Source: a virus | Taxonomy: Duplodnaviria > Caudoviricetes | Virus record (IMG/VR): IMGVR_UViG_3300020352_000501 | Location: 1-45,016 of that record | Direction: 5' to 3' (one strand) | DNA length: 45,016 nt | In this document: piece after piece, positions 1 through 8,733 of the stretch | How positions within the stretch are numbered: position 1 is the stretch's first letter | How the letters are laid out: each line of letters begins with the position of its first letter | Notes under the pieces: generated by a model | Told to the model about the DNA's origin: nothing | Databases searched by the model: none | What the model saw: only the letters and a program-made list of their open reading frames with translations | Position numbers and translations under genes: made by a program

Positions 1-3000
1 GACAGTTGCTCAACAGGGTTGATACACGCAGGACTGTCAACTTGTGGAATGACAGCAGAAACGTGATAGTCCCAAGGCTTAAACACATCATTTTCACGCA
101 CAACAAAACGATAGATACCTTTTGCAACTTTATGAATGTCGTTCCAGATATTCGGGATATCTCTATCTTCTGGGACTTTAATCAAGTAAGTCGATTTACC
201 TGTATCTCTTTCTTCAACATCGTTATAATTTTCATAAGAAAGTTTTACAACAGTGCCTCTTTCGATTGGTTGGTTGAATTTGAAAGTGTCGGTTGTCAAT
301 GAATAGGCATACATTGGTTTTTCAACACCAAAATATTCCAAACTCTGATTGGTCGTACCAAACTGCGCTTGGCCATTTCTGTCAATGGTGTAGTTTTGTC
401 CGTTAACCGCTGCATCGGCTTCTGCGCCGTCTACAAAGATTTTCAGTCTATTCACTTCGTACAGTGGTTGTGATGCAGTGCCGCTTCTACCAAAGAAGTT
501 TGTATATTCATTGTTAAATCCGGCCCCTTCCCATGCATATTCGAAGATGAATTGATCTTCTTCTGGGAATGTGTCGATCACCTTAGTTACACGAATACCT
601 TCAATCGCCAGCGTGCCGGTGGTTCCTCCAAGGGCAGCCAGGAATGCATCGCTGTCTGCGTAAGTTGTGTCATACGCAGTGAGTTCATCACCAGCCACCA
701 TATCAAAGATGCCGGAGCCTGGCTCAGTAATGATATATTCTTCTGTGGTTGTAAAACCAAGGGCGGTGGGCGTCGCTTCTGCCGCACCAGCTAGATCGAT
801 TTTGTAACCATTAGTAGAACCACCTCTGAGGGAGTTGGGAATTGGTACAAGCGCACCTAATGCCCCTGCGGCCGATGCCTGTGCTTTGAAATTGCCCAAG
901 ACACCACCCGTAAGTACAGGAACCATATCAGAGGTACTGCCATCACCTGTGTAGGTTGCAACAATCGGAGTATAATGAATAATTCTCACACGCCGATTGG
1001 ATTGCAACGCAAGTGCGCTAGTTGATTGTGGATTAAATGTTGCAACATTAGAAACGATTGGCAATTCTCTTGCTTTACCATTCGCATCTGGGGTTGGCGC
1101 AACTTCAGTTTTATCCAAAATTCTAACGTCCATATCTGCATCAAGGAAAGTATCAACACCGTCCGCACTTCTATGTCTAACTCTTGAAATAGTCAGACCC
1201 AGTTTGGCTGGTCCTTGCATCTGGTTTCTTGCAGCATTATAGTTTCTAAGGCCGCCCAAGACGGTGCCCCCGCCGACGGTGTGAGTACCGCCAGTACCTT
1301 TATCAGTGCCACCATATTTCGATGTGCCATCAACATTATCCGCATCACCATATCTAGTATCCCTCTGCAATGCAGTTACCCACTGTGCAATTGGGACATA
1401 ACTAGAACCCGAACCTCCAGCATATCCCTGAGAAAATTCTGTACGACTATCGATGGCCGGATCTGAAAACACCACCGGGCTATCACCAAGATCATTATAT
1501 GCAGTGACAACCGCAGGCATTTCGCTAAAGTCGTTAGCGATGGTATAACCCGTAATCGAATCCGTACCCAATGAGGTCGCATCAGTTAGTGCAATATTCG
1601 CCTTTAGTGTCGAGTCGGAGAAGTGCACACCCTGCTGACCGGCATAAGTTGCGCCAGAACCATATGCATCATTTTTCTGTTGAATTGGAGCACTATCAGT
1701 AATAACCGAAGATGATACTGGTAGGCCTGGAGTTAGTTTTCTACCATTTACATCAAAGATTTGCAATTCATCTAAAGATGTTGAAGTGATAGTGGTTTCG
1801 CCAGTTGCAGTATCCAAATCTTCCGAAACAGAGGCATAGAAACCTACGTTAAAGTCAGATGTTTCTTCTGGTCTTGTAGAAGGCGAATATAGGCAATGGA
1901 CAGGTGATCTGCCATCTTCAAATTCAATTCTACCAGAAACATTATGAACGTGTCTCTGTACAACAAACCATGCATAGTCATCGTCTTGATCTACAGATGC
2001 TTGATCAAACATAAACAGTCCTGTACCGTGATCGGAACAAGTCAGGCGATATGCGAGCGGATAACCACTTTCGATATCGTCAGTTGTTTTACCTTGACGT
2101 CTGAAGAAGCCAGATTTTGCCTTGTTTGTATCATTACTGAAGTTGAAATAGATTTCACTCAATTCTCCAGGCTGTCTATAAACAGACTGTTTTACACCAT
2201 CACGGCCTTGACCTTTAGTCAGATCGCCGTTGTCTTTAATCTGCAATGCAGTTGCGACATTTACATAAAGATATTCATCGCGTTGATCATAGAAGAAACG
2301 CATCCGCCATTTTTGTGGTTTCCGCACATCTTTAACAGGTTGTGTCAGAGAAACAGAAGTTGGAAGTGCTTCAGTGGCAGAGTTGATATCATTCTTAGAA
2401 GATAACAAGTCGGTTGCTTTTTCCGATTCCACAACTACTAGGTCGCCAATTCTATCAACGCATTTTTTCACATCTCTGTGGTTTTGCTGTCCATTAGATG
2501 CAATGGGGATTGGTGTTACTGCATCTTCGTTGACATATGGATAGATCATGTTGTATGGCTGACTTTCGAATTCGCTTTCTGGAATTGCCAACGCCCATTC
2601 ACCGGATTGATACTCAGTTTCAACAGCATCGTCAAAGTCGTTGACTTGATTGGTTGTATATGTGTTCGGATCGACACTAAACGTAACTTCACCACTATCT
2701 ACATCGACACCTGTGATTACGATAACACCATTACCATGCGGTTCGATGATTCTTTTATTCGCGGCCGCATCAGCAGCTGTCAGGCCACCCTTTTTGAGTC
2801 CTGTACCAATAAGACTTTTTTCTACTGTACCACCACTTACATATGCCGAAAATCCAGTAGTATCGACAATGCTAAAACTATCTGCATCTATTGATGTAAT
2901 AGTATATGCACTTCCATTAACTTCTGTCATGCCTACTACGCCTGCAAAGGCAATGCTATCTCCGCTAGAAAATCCATGACCTGCGGCAGTAACAACGCCG

Positions 3001-4241
3001 GGGTTGCCCTGACTAATTCCCGTTACTGTTACGGGGGCACGGCCCTCTATAAGGGTTTTTTGATCTTCGTCAACAAGCGTGAACGTACCTGTCCACGGTG
3101 ATGCAGTGATGGCATTTGGTGCGACAGCGAATTCAAGCCTTGCAGTTCTTTGTGCCTGAGATGAAAATGCTGAACTAAAGTAGTTGCCATATGGGTGTAG
3201 TACCATATCTCTGGCCAAAGTTTTCAGTAGTCCGTCACTTGCTCTTTTGTCCACTTTTGTGTCGAGATAATATTCCAGAAGAATTGTATCACCCACTTCA
3301 AAAGTTTCACTTCTCCATGTAACTGTGCCATAATCGAGCGCGATTTGATCTGCATCAGTAACGGCAGTAATTTTTAAAACTAAGTCAGTTGCCACAGGAA
3401 CGTTATGCATAGAAGATGCAGGAATGGTAATTGTGTCGTCGACAACATAATCTTTACCAAAACCGATTGGCAAAACTTTATTGACATTTCCTAAGGCATC
3501 TACATATATTTGAAAAATTCCATTTACGCCGGTTGCGCCACCATCTGCCGCGCCAGCTTCTACATAATAAACGCCCGGCCGGTGCCCAACGTTTCCTGCT
3601 GATGCTTCAACACCAGTAATAGAACCTTTGCCCGCTGTGTTGTCTTTTGAAAAGAAACCGACTGCGAATTGTCCGATTGCCATACCTTCGTCGACGATTG
3701 CCGACACACCAGTTGTTGCGTCATCGTTGGTTGACGTGGCATTGTAGTTATTTCCTGTGCTTTTGATATCTACTGAAACGATTCTGCCGTCGCCATCCGC
3801 AGTCGCGGTTGCGATACATTGTGTCAGAAGTCCAGTTGTCGGTTCGCCACCTTTAATAATGATATTGTACTCAAGGTTTGGTGCGTAACCATAACCACCA
3901 GAAAGTACGTCAATTGCAGTGATACCACCGTTTGCAGTAATCGAACCAAGAGAAATACCAAGGCTACATTTCTGTGTACCTTTTCTAAAGATTTGTGCAA
4001 GTGGTTGAGTTACTGTTGTGACTGACCCACCTAGAAAACTTCTTTTCTGTGAGGACAGTGCATATGGTGCTAGTCTGTCGAATTCGTCCTGTGCTGGTTT
4101 TTCCAATCGAGTGTAAGTTTGGTTAAAACTATTCAAGAATTGAAATTTTTGCTGATGCTTTTGCTGCAGCATTGATACCATTTCGTTTCTCTGGATTGAA
4201 AACCCGCCCGAAAGGAACTCCGTGTTTAGTGAAGTGGCCAT
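1..4241 (-). CDS. Large virion structural protein, paralogue 1 of a three-gene array (3' end outside window, >1413 aa)
   Basis: Not in ORF track (no stop in window). ATG at 4241-4239 with SD AGGAGA (4249-4254). Hand translation of several segments in one frame gives MATSLNTEFLSGGFSIQRNEMV..., GLLKTLARDMVLHPY, RKPQKWRMRF, YPLAYRLTCSDHGTGLFMFD..VDQDDDYAWFVVQRHV and RFVVRENDVFKPWDYHVSA...INPVEQL, all matching blocks in 4400..8668. Not every codon was checked. Confidence 0.9.
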   Translation of the reverse strand, partial: MATSLNTEFLSGGFSIQRNEMVSMLQQKHQQKFQFLNSFNQTYTRLEKPAQDEFDRLAPYALSSQKRSFLGGSVTTVTQPLAQIFRKGTQKCSLGISLGSITANGGITAIDVLSGGYGYAPNLEYNIIIKGGEPTTGLLTQCIATATADGDGRIVSVDIKSTGNNYNATSTNDDATTGVSAIVDEGMAIGQFAVGFFSKDNTAGKGSITGVEASAGNVGHRPGVYYVEAGAADGGATGVNGIFQIYVDALGNVNKVLPIGFGKDYVVDDTITIPASSMHNVPVATDLVLKITAVTDADQIALDYGTVTWRSETFEVGDTILLEYYLDTKVDKRASDGLLKTLARDMVLHPYGNYFSSAFSSQAQRTARLEFAVAPNAITASPWTGTFTLVDEDQKTLIEGRAPVTVTGISQGNPGVVTAAGHGFSSGDSIAFAGVVGMTEVNGSAYTITSIDADSFSIVDTTGFSAYVSGGTVEKSLIGTGLKKGGLTAADAAANKRIIEPHGNGVIVITGVDVDSGEVTFSVDPNTYTTNQVNDFDDAVETEYQSGEWALAIPESEFESQPYNMIYPYVNEDAVTPIPIASNGQQNHRDVKKCVDRIGDLVVVESEKATDLLSSKNDINSATEALPTSVSLTQPVKDVRKPQKWRMRFFYDQRDEYLYVNVATALQIKDNGDLTKGQGRDGVKQSVYRQPGELSEIYFNFSNDTNKAKSGFFRRQGKTTDDIESGYPLAYRLTCSDHGTGLFMFDQASVDQDDDYAWFVVQRHVHNVSGRIEFEDGRSPVHCLYSPSTRPEETSDFNVGFYASVSEDLDTATGETTITSTSLDELQIFDVNGRKLTPGLPVSSSVITDSAPIQQKNDAYGSGATYAGQQGVHFSDSTLKANIALTDATSLGTDSITGYTIANDFSEMPAVVTAYNDLGDSPVVFSDPAIDSRTEFSQGYAGGSGSSYVPIAQWVTALQRDTRYGDADNVDGTSKYGGTDKGTGGTHTVGGGTVLGGLRNYNAARNQMQGPAKLGLTISRVRHRSADGVDTFLDADMDVRILDKTEVAPTPDANGKARELPIVSNVATFNPQSTSALALQSNRRVRIIHYTPIVATYTGDGSTSDMVPVLTGGVLGNFKAQASAAGALGALVPIPNSLRGGSTNGYKIDLAGAAEATPTALGFTTTEEYIITEPGSGIFDMVAGDELTAYDTTYADSDAFLAALGGTTGTLAIEGIRVTKVIDTFPEEDQFIFEYAWEGAGFNNEYTNFFGRSGTASQPLYEVNRLKIFVDGAEADAAVNGQNYTIDRNGQAQFGTTNQSLEYFGVEKPMYAYSLTTDTFKFNQPIERGTVVKLSYENYNDVEERDTGKSTYLIKVPEDRDIPNIWNDIHKVAKGIYRFVVRENDVFKPWDYHVSAVIPQVDSPACINPVEQL
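2830..3030 (-). other. E1-FCCH-like beta-barrel domain inserted in paralogue 1
   Basis: VTGISQGNPGVVTAAGHGFSSGDSIAFAGVVGMTEVNGSAYTITSIDADSFSIVDTTGFSAYVSGG fits the ubiquitin-activating enzyme E1 FCCH-type pattern common in phage virion proteins. Confidence 0.75.
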
Positions 4242-4269
4242 TTATTGATCTCCTGTTTTGGTTTATCTA

Positions 4270-4277
4270 TATTTATA
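4270..4277 (-). promoter_or_regulatory. T4-type late promoter TATAAATA
   Basis: Exact consensus (tatttata on +), about 30 bp upstream of ATG 4241. Confidence 0.75.
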
Positions 4278-4333
4278 AAAAATTCTCTTTACAACTTTTG
4301 TGATTTCGCACGCCAATATAAGACGTTTTATTC

Positions 4334-4341
4334 TATTTATA
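4334..4341 (-). promoter_or_regulatory. T4-type late promoter TATAAATA
   Basis: Second exact copy in the same intergenic region. Confidence 0.65.
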
Positions 4342-4372
4342 AAAAAAACTCTTTGTGTTTTGTCTACCATCC

Positions 4373-4380
4373 TATTTATA
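4373..4380 (-). promoter_or_regulatory. T4-type late promoter TATAAATA
   Basis: Third exact copy in the same intergenic region. Confidence 0.6.
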
Positions 4381-4399
4381 ATATTTTTTTCATTCAATT

Positions 4400-7300
4400 T
4401 TATGTTTGATCTGTATCGCCTGGAGCCTTGCCGGCAGTAACATCGGTGTATCTAATACTAGAACCTGTGACTTGCATAAAGACTCGCATACCATTACCAT
4501 TGGGTAAAGTGGATGCCATGCCTTCATATTTTCTTGCATTTTTGCGCCAAATATATTTTTCGCCATCCGGTCCGTGATGTCCCGCATATTTATTTAGTGC
4601 AACCGGAGCAAGAACAATGCCATTTGGATCTGTTGCAGCTGGCTGTAGGGTGGTGTCAAATTGTTTGTTAATACCATCTGAGTCACCATACTTATTGATT
4701 TCTACATGTCCTGCTTGTGTCGAGAAACTAGCAGAAGATACGCAAATCAAATCTAATTCGCTTTGTGGATAATAAAATCTTTGCGAAGTGATTTGTGTTG
4801 GGAAAGAAAATACAAAATTTCTATCTTGCGTGATAGACAGTTGTTCCATTGGATTGATAATTGCGTGAGAATCTACTTCGTGCATTGTTGCAGAAACGTG
4901 ATAATCCCAAGGTTTCAATACATCTTGCTCTCTCACAACAAACCGATTGACAGTTTTAACCATATTCATATTAGTTTCTGGGAAGTTTCTGTCTTCAGGT
5001 GTAGAAATAATATAAGTCTCCTGTGAAGGATTTGATGTTTGATAGTTAACCATCTTGATAGAGAACGAACCACCATTTCTAGGCGCGTATTTAAAGAATA
5101 AATTTTTGTTATAAAAATCGTACATATACTCGTTTTTGATACCGCTTTGATTTGTCCAAATTATATCTCCAGGCAGTTTACCATTATGTGATGCTACGTT
5201 TTTCGTTGTTACTAAGTTTCCGGACGTAATCACATACTGTAACGCTGGAGATGCGCTTGCATTAGAATCGAAGAATGGAACTGAAGTACATCTATTTACG
5301 ATACCAGTAATTGTGCCGTTAGTTGTCTCTCCCAATAAGTTAACCACAGCTGCGCTGGCATCCAACGCCGGTATTTTAAAATCGCTTCCTAAGTCAGTAA
5401 CACCTGCCGCATCAAGAGATTCTAAAAATCTGCCGACTGTACTCGGATCTCCCATAGAAACCCATTCATCATATGTTAACACATATGCACCACTATCTCT
5501 TTTAACTTCTACATCATCGAGCGCAACAATCATAGATTCAAAAACTTTTTCCATATTTGATGCCTGAGCGCTGTATAGAATGTCTAACAATGCAGAATCG
5601 CCATCGGTATAATCTGCCGTCGAAATGGTCTCGGCGACTCCGATAACACCAGTGCCGGTGGTAGAACCAGATTTGAATGTTGACATTCTTTCAAGCATCC
5701 CCGCTGGAAAAATAACATTCTCGGAAAAACTTGGTGCAATATCAGAACTAATAACCCACTGCGCTGCTGCGGGCGTGGTCGGCACAATAATATCACCATC
5801 TCTATCTGCATGTTGAAGAACGATGCTTGGCGATATGCCAGTTCTTATCAATGCTGCGGGCGAAACCGATGCGCCCATTGCGATAGATGTGTTTTTACGT
5901 TTTGGTAAAGAGTTAAATCCAGTAATTGCAAGATCGGTGATCGAATCTCCAACTCCATCCGTCAACACTGCTTCAACAATGGTGCCGGGCACCGTAGTTA
6001 TGTCAAAGGTTAGAGATCCAGACTGAACAAAAGATCCACCAAACACATCACCAGTACCGCTGAGTCCGAAAACAAGACTTGTCGTGCCAGTCAGGCCTGC
6101 TGCCAGATCGCCATATGTTGCAACGATGATTTGTCCATTAACATCGTTGATAAATTTAATTCTGCCGCCGGCAGCAGGCGAGGCCGCATCGTCAGCAATA
6201 AACATACCCACTTTTAATCCACCTGAGGCAATCGCCGCGCTCAGTTTATTTGTGGCACCAGCGGACATATCTGCCTGAATTATCCATGTTTTTTCTGACC
6301 ATAGGCCTCTAGTATCAGTATTTCTAACCGATGTGATACCACGAAGATTGTCCGTTGCGATATCTACAGTGGAAGTCAATGAACCCGATACGCCAGATGC
6401 ATAACCAAAGGAATTGAAATCGACTGCGTTGACATAACCATTAAACAAATCTTTTTTGATAAAGATTGTGGGACCTTCTGTTTTGAATATGGTGCCCAAC
6501 GAACTTTGTAATGCAGGGGGCTTCGACAAATCGTCTAAGTCGGTAGATGCAAAATATGTTGACAGGTCTGATACATCGACAGGACGTTTTGCGGGTGAAT
6601 ATATACAATGCACCGGCGACTTGTCTGTGTATTCTGGTTGACCAGATGTTTGGTCTACATGTCTCTGCACAACAAGCCATGCATAGTCATCATCCTGATC
6701 AACAGCACCGGCATCAAACATGAATAGTCCAAGTCCGTGATCGGTTATTGTCATTCTATAACTCAGCGGGTAAGATTGTGCCTGTTCATCTTGTAGTTGT
6801 GTTCTACGCATAAAGTTTGATTTTGAGGTTAGAAGTTTTAAGGTTGAACCTCTGCCGATAGATGGAGATTTATAAATGTCACATAATTCTCCTGGCTCGC
6901 GATAAACTGCTTGTTTAATGCCGTCCCGTCCCTGCGCCTCAGTGATAGACATATCATCTTTAAGTTGATATGCAGTTGCAACGTTTACTTTAATTGAAAA
7001 GTCTGCTTCGTCCCATTCAAATCTCATACGCCATTTTTGCGGTTTTCTCGAACTCGACGGAGATTGGTTACTACCACCAAATCCTAAATTGGAGTCTGAC
7101 AATAAATCAACACCTTTATCAGATTCGACTAGAAACTTGTTTGTAATTCTTCTCAGTGCGTTTTTTGTGCCCTGTTGTGTTGTGCTAGTAGGTTCTGGAT
7201 AAATCAATTTAAACGGAACTGCAAATGCATCAGATTCGACAAAAGAGACGTAAAATAAATCCTGATCGGTAACTTTGACTAGATTCGTTTTAGCCAGACC

Positions 7301-8668
7301 ACCAGCTGCATCGGCAGTAAGCGCGGCCGTTGATAGTAGGCCCGATGCCGAGTCCTGACCTGCTCCATTTGCGAGAATACTAGGACGCACAGTACCAGTT
7401 ACGCCGTCTACTTCGTGAAACCAGCCAATAAACGCATTAGTTGCTGGTCGACCGGCAATATTATCATTCAAAACTGGTTTAGAAAAAGCCCAGTAATTTA
7501 CACCTACGCCGTCAGTTTGCGGCCAAGACAGATCTGCTGCGTTTGTACCAAGATTTTCTTGATCTGGACCAAGGCCAGCTGGTCCAACTAATGCACCATA
7601 ACGCACATCTAAAGATTCTTTCCAGTGATATGAAATCGTAACTACTACTCTGGTCATATCTGATACCCAAGACAGTGGCGCGGTAACGGGATCCCTTCTC
7701 AAAGAAAATGTTGCCTTTCTGGTGGCTAGATCAGATGTAACAATCCAATCATCATCTGCTATAATTCTTCCGTCAATCGAAACTCTAAATTCGCCAGATC
7801 CCAGATCTTGTTCTACAAGTGGAAAATCTGTAGATAGTGTCATCCAGCTGGAAGCAACGGCCGGATCGATCGCGGCAAATGTAGTTGAAAAGTCTGCTGG
7901 ATCGTTTTTAACAGTATGTTCTCTGACACATTTCCAGAGTTGGTTTGCAGATCTTTGTGGTGCGAAGGATCCATCTGCTTCAACATCAAAATTATATGGT
8001 GTCGATAATTGATTTTTCATAAGAGACACAACATCGGTGGTCCCAGCCGTGTCGGCGGAGATATCGTATAAGCCCTGCGCGGTTGCATCAATATCGGAAA
8101 CTCTATCTACGCCAGCGAAAACAGAAAAACTTGTTTTAATATCTGCCGTTGGTGCTGCAAAACTAGCCTTAAATAATTCTGGATAATCGAATGGGTGAAT
8201 ACACATATCGTGTGCCAGTTGATAAAATAGGCCGCCCTTATTGCCAGTAAACTTGTCGATATGCTCTAAATAGTTTACTTCGATAAATTCGCCAGTTTCT
8301 GGTTTTGAAAAATCTGAAAAAATCAATGCACCAAATTCGCCTATAGCAGAAGTATATTGTACCCCACCTTGGCCCGGCGAGGTCGAACCTTCAGTATATT
8401 CATCGTCTCTCCAAAGAGTCGTTTCAGTGACAGCACCAGTAATAGACCCAGGCGTCCCTAATATATTATTGCCCAGTGTCCGGTCGAGATTAATTCTAAT
8501 TTCTCCGAGACGTATTTCCCATTCCCATTCTTTATCAATAAAATCTGGTTTGGATTTTAACAAATACGTTGACAGTCCGCTGATTGCAGCGTGCTTTTCT
8601 TTTTGAGTACGGTGTGCGACATCAACAATGTCGTTTCTCTGTATACTAAATCCACTTGCAATAGGCAT
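4400..8668 (-). CDS. Large virion structural protein, paralogue 2 (1422 aa)
   Basis: Long ORF with SD AAGGAG (8675-8680) and its own late promoter. Shares ordered blocks (GFSIQRN, LAHDM, WRMRF, YPLSYR..DYAW..QR, RFVVRE.D.LKP, INP.EQL.IT, FP..T.QRF.YP..E.DLIC, Y.GM.ST...GNGMR) with both neighbours. Confidence 0.9.
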   Translation of the reverse strand: MPIASGFSIQRNDIVDVAHRTQKEKHAAISGLSTYLLKSKPDFIDKEWEWEIRLGEIRINLDRTLGNNILGTPGSITGAVTETTLWRDDEYTEGSTSPGQGGVQYTSAIGEFGALIFSDFSKPETGEFIEVNYLEHIDKFTGNKGGLFYQLAHDMCIHPFDYPELFKASFAAPTADIKTSFSVFAGVDRVSDIDATAQGLYDISADTAGTTDVVSLMKNQLSTPYNFDVEADGSFAPQRSANQLWKCVREHTVKNDPADFSTTFAAIDPAVASSWMTLSTDFPLVEQDLGSGEFRVSIDGRIIADDDWIVTSDLATRKATFSLRRDPVTAPLSWVSDMTRVVVTISYHWKESLDVRYGALVGPAGLGPDQENLGTNAADLSWPQTDGVGVNYWAFSKPVLNDNIAGRPATNAFIGWFHEVDGVTGTVRPSILANGAGQDSASGLLSTAALTADAAGGLAKTNLVKVTDQDLFYVSFVESDAFAVPFKLIYPEPTSTTQQGTKNALRRITNKFLVESDKGVDLLSDSNLGFGGSNQSPSSSRKPQKWRMRFEWDEADFSIKVNVATAYQLKDDMSITEAQGRDGIKQAVYREPGELCDIYKSPSIGRGSTLKLLTSKSNFMRRTQLQDEQAQSYPLSYRMTITDHGLGLFMFDAGAVDQDDDYAWLVVQRHVDQTSGQPEYTDKSPVHCIYSPAKRPVDVSDLSTYFASTDLDDLSKPPALQSSLGTIFKTEGPTIFIKKDLFNGYVNAVDFNSFGYASGVSGSLTSTVDIATDNLRGITSVRNTDTRGLWSEKTWIIQADMSAGATNKLSAAIASGGLKVGMFIADDAASPAAGGRIKFINDVNGQIIVATYGDLAAGLTGTTSLVFGLSGTGDVFGGSFVQSGSLTFDITTVPGTIVEAVLTDGVGDSITDLAITGFNSLPKRKNTSIAMGASVSPAALIRTGISPSIVLQHADRDGDIIVPTTPAAAQWVISSDIAPSFSENVIFPAGMLERMSTFKSGSTTGTGVIGVAETISTADYTDGDSALLDILYSAQASNMEKVFESMIVALDDVEVKRDSGAYVLTYDEWVSMGDPSTVGRFLESLDAAGVTDLGSDFKIPALDASAAVVNLLGETTNGTITGIVNRCTSVPFFDSNASASPALQYVITSGNLVTTKNVASHNGKLPGDIIWTNQSGIKNEYMYDFYNKNLFFKYAPRNGGSFSIKMVNYQTSNPSQETYIISTPEDRNFPETNMNMVKTVNRFVVREQDVLKPWDYHVSATMHEVDSHAIINPMEQLSITQDRNFVFSFPTQITSQRFYYPQSELDLICVSSASFSTQAGHVEINKYGDSDGINKQFDTTLQPAATDPNGIVLAPVALNKYAGHHGPDGEKYIWRKNARKYEGMASTLPNGNGMRVFMQVTGSSIRYTDVTAGKAPGDTDQT

Positions 8669-8695
8669 TTAGAGCTCCTTTAATGTTTTTCTTTA

Positions 8696-8703
8696 TATTT
8701 ATA
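8696..8703 (-). promoter_or_regulatory. T4-type late promoter TATAAATA
   Basis: Exact consensus about 28 bp upstream of ATG 8668, with a T-run upstream like two of the copies at 4270-4341. Confidence 0.75.
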
Positions 8704-8733
8704 AAAAAATTTTTGTCTTAATTTGTGTTTATT

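Noticed and set aside
2830-3030. E1-FCCH-like domain as evidence of a phage ubiquitin-like system
   Set aside because: No E1 adenylation, E2, JAB or ubiquitin-like genes are in the window. The isolated domain is common in phage structural proteins.
6-3742. Many short ORFs on both strands in the ORF track (e.g. 1944..2405 +, 2478..2894 +)
   Set aside because: All overlap the long minus-strand gene 1..4241, which has clear paralogy support. They are shadow ORFs.
4242-4399. Possible mini-CRISPR array, ncRNA or terminator in the repeated intergenic region
   Set aside because: The repeats are short AT-rich promoter boxes with irregular spacing, and I found no convincing GC-rich hairpin.
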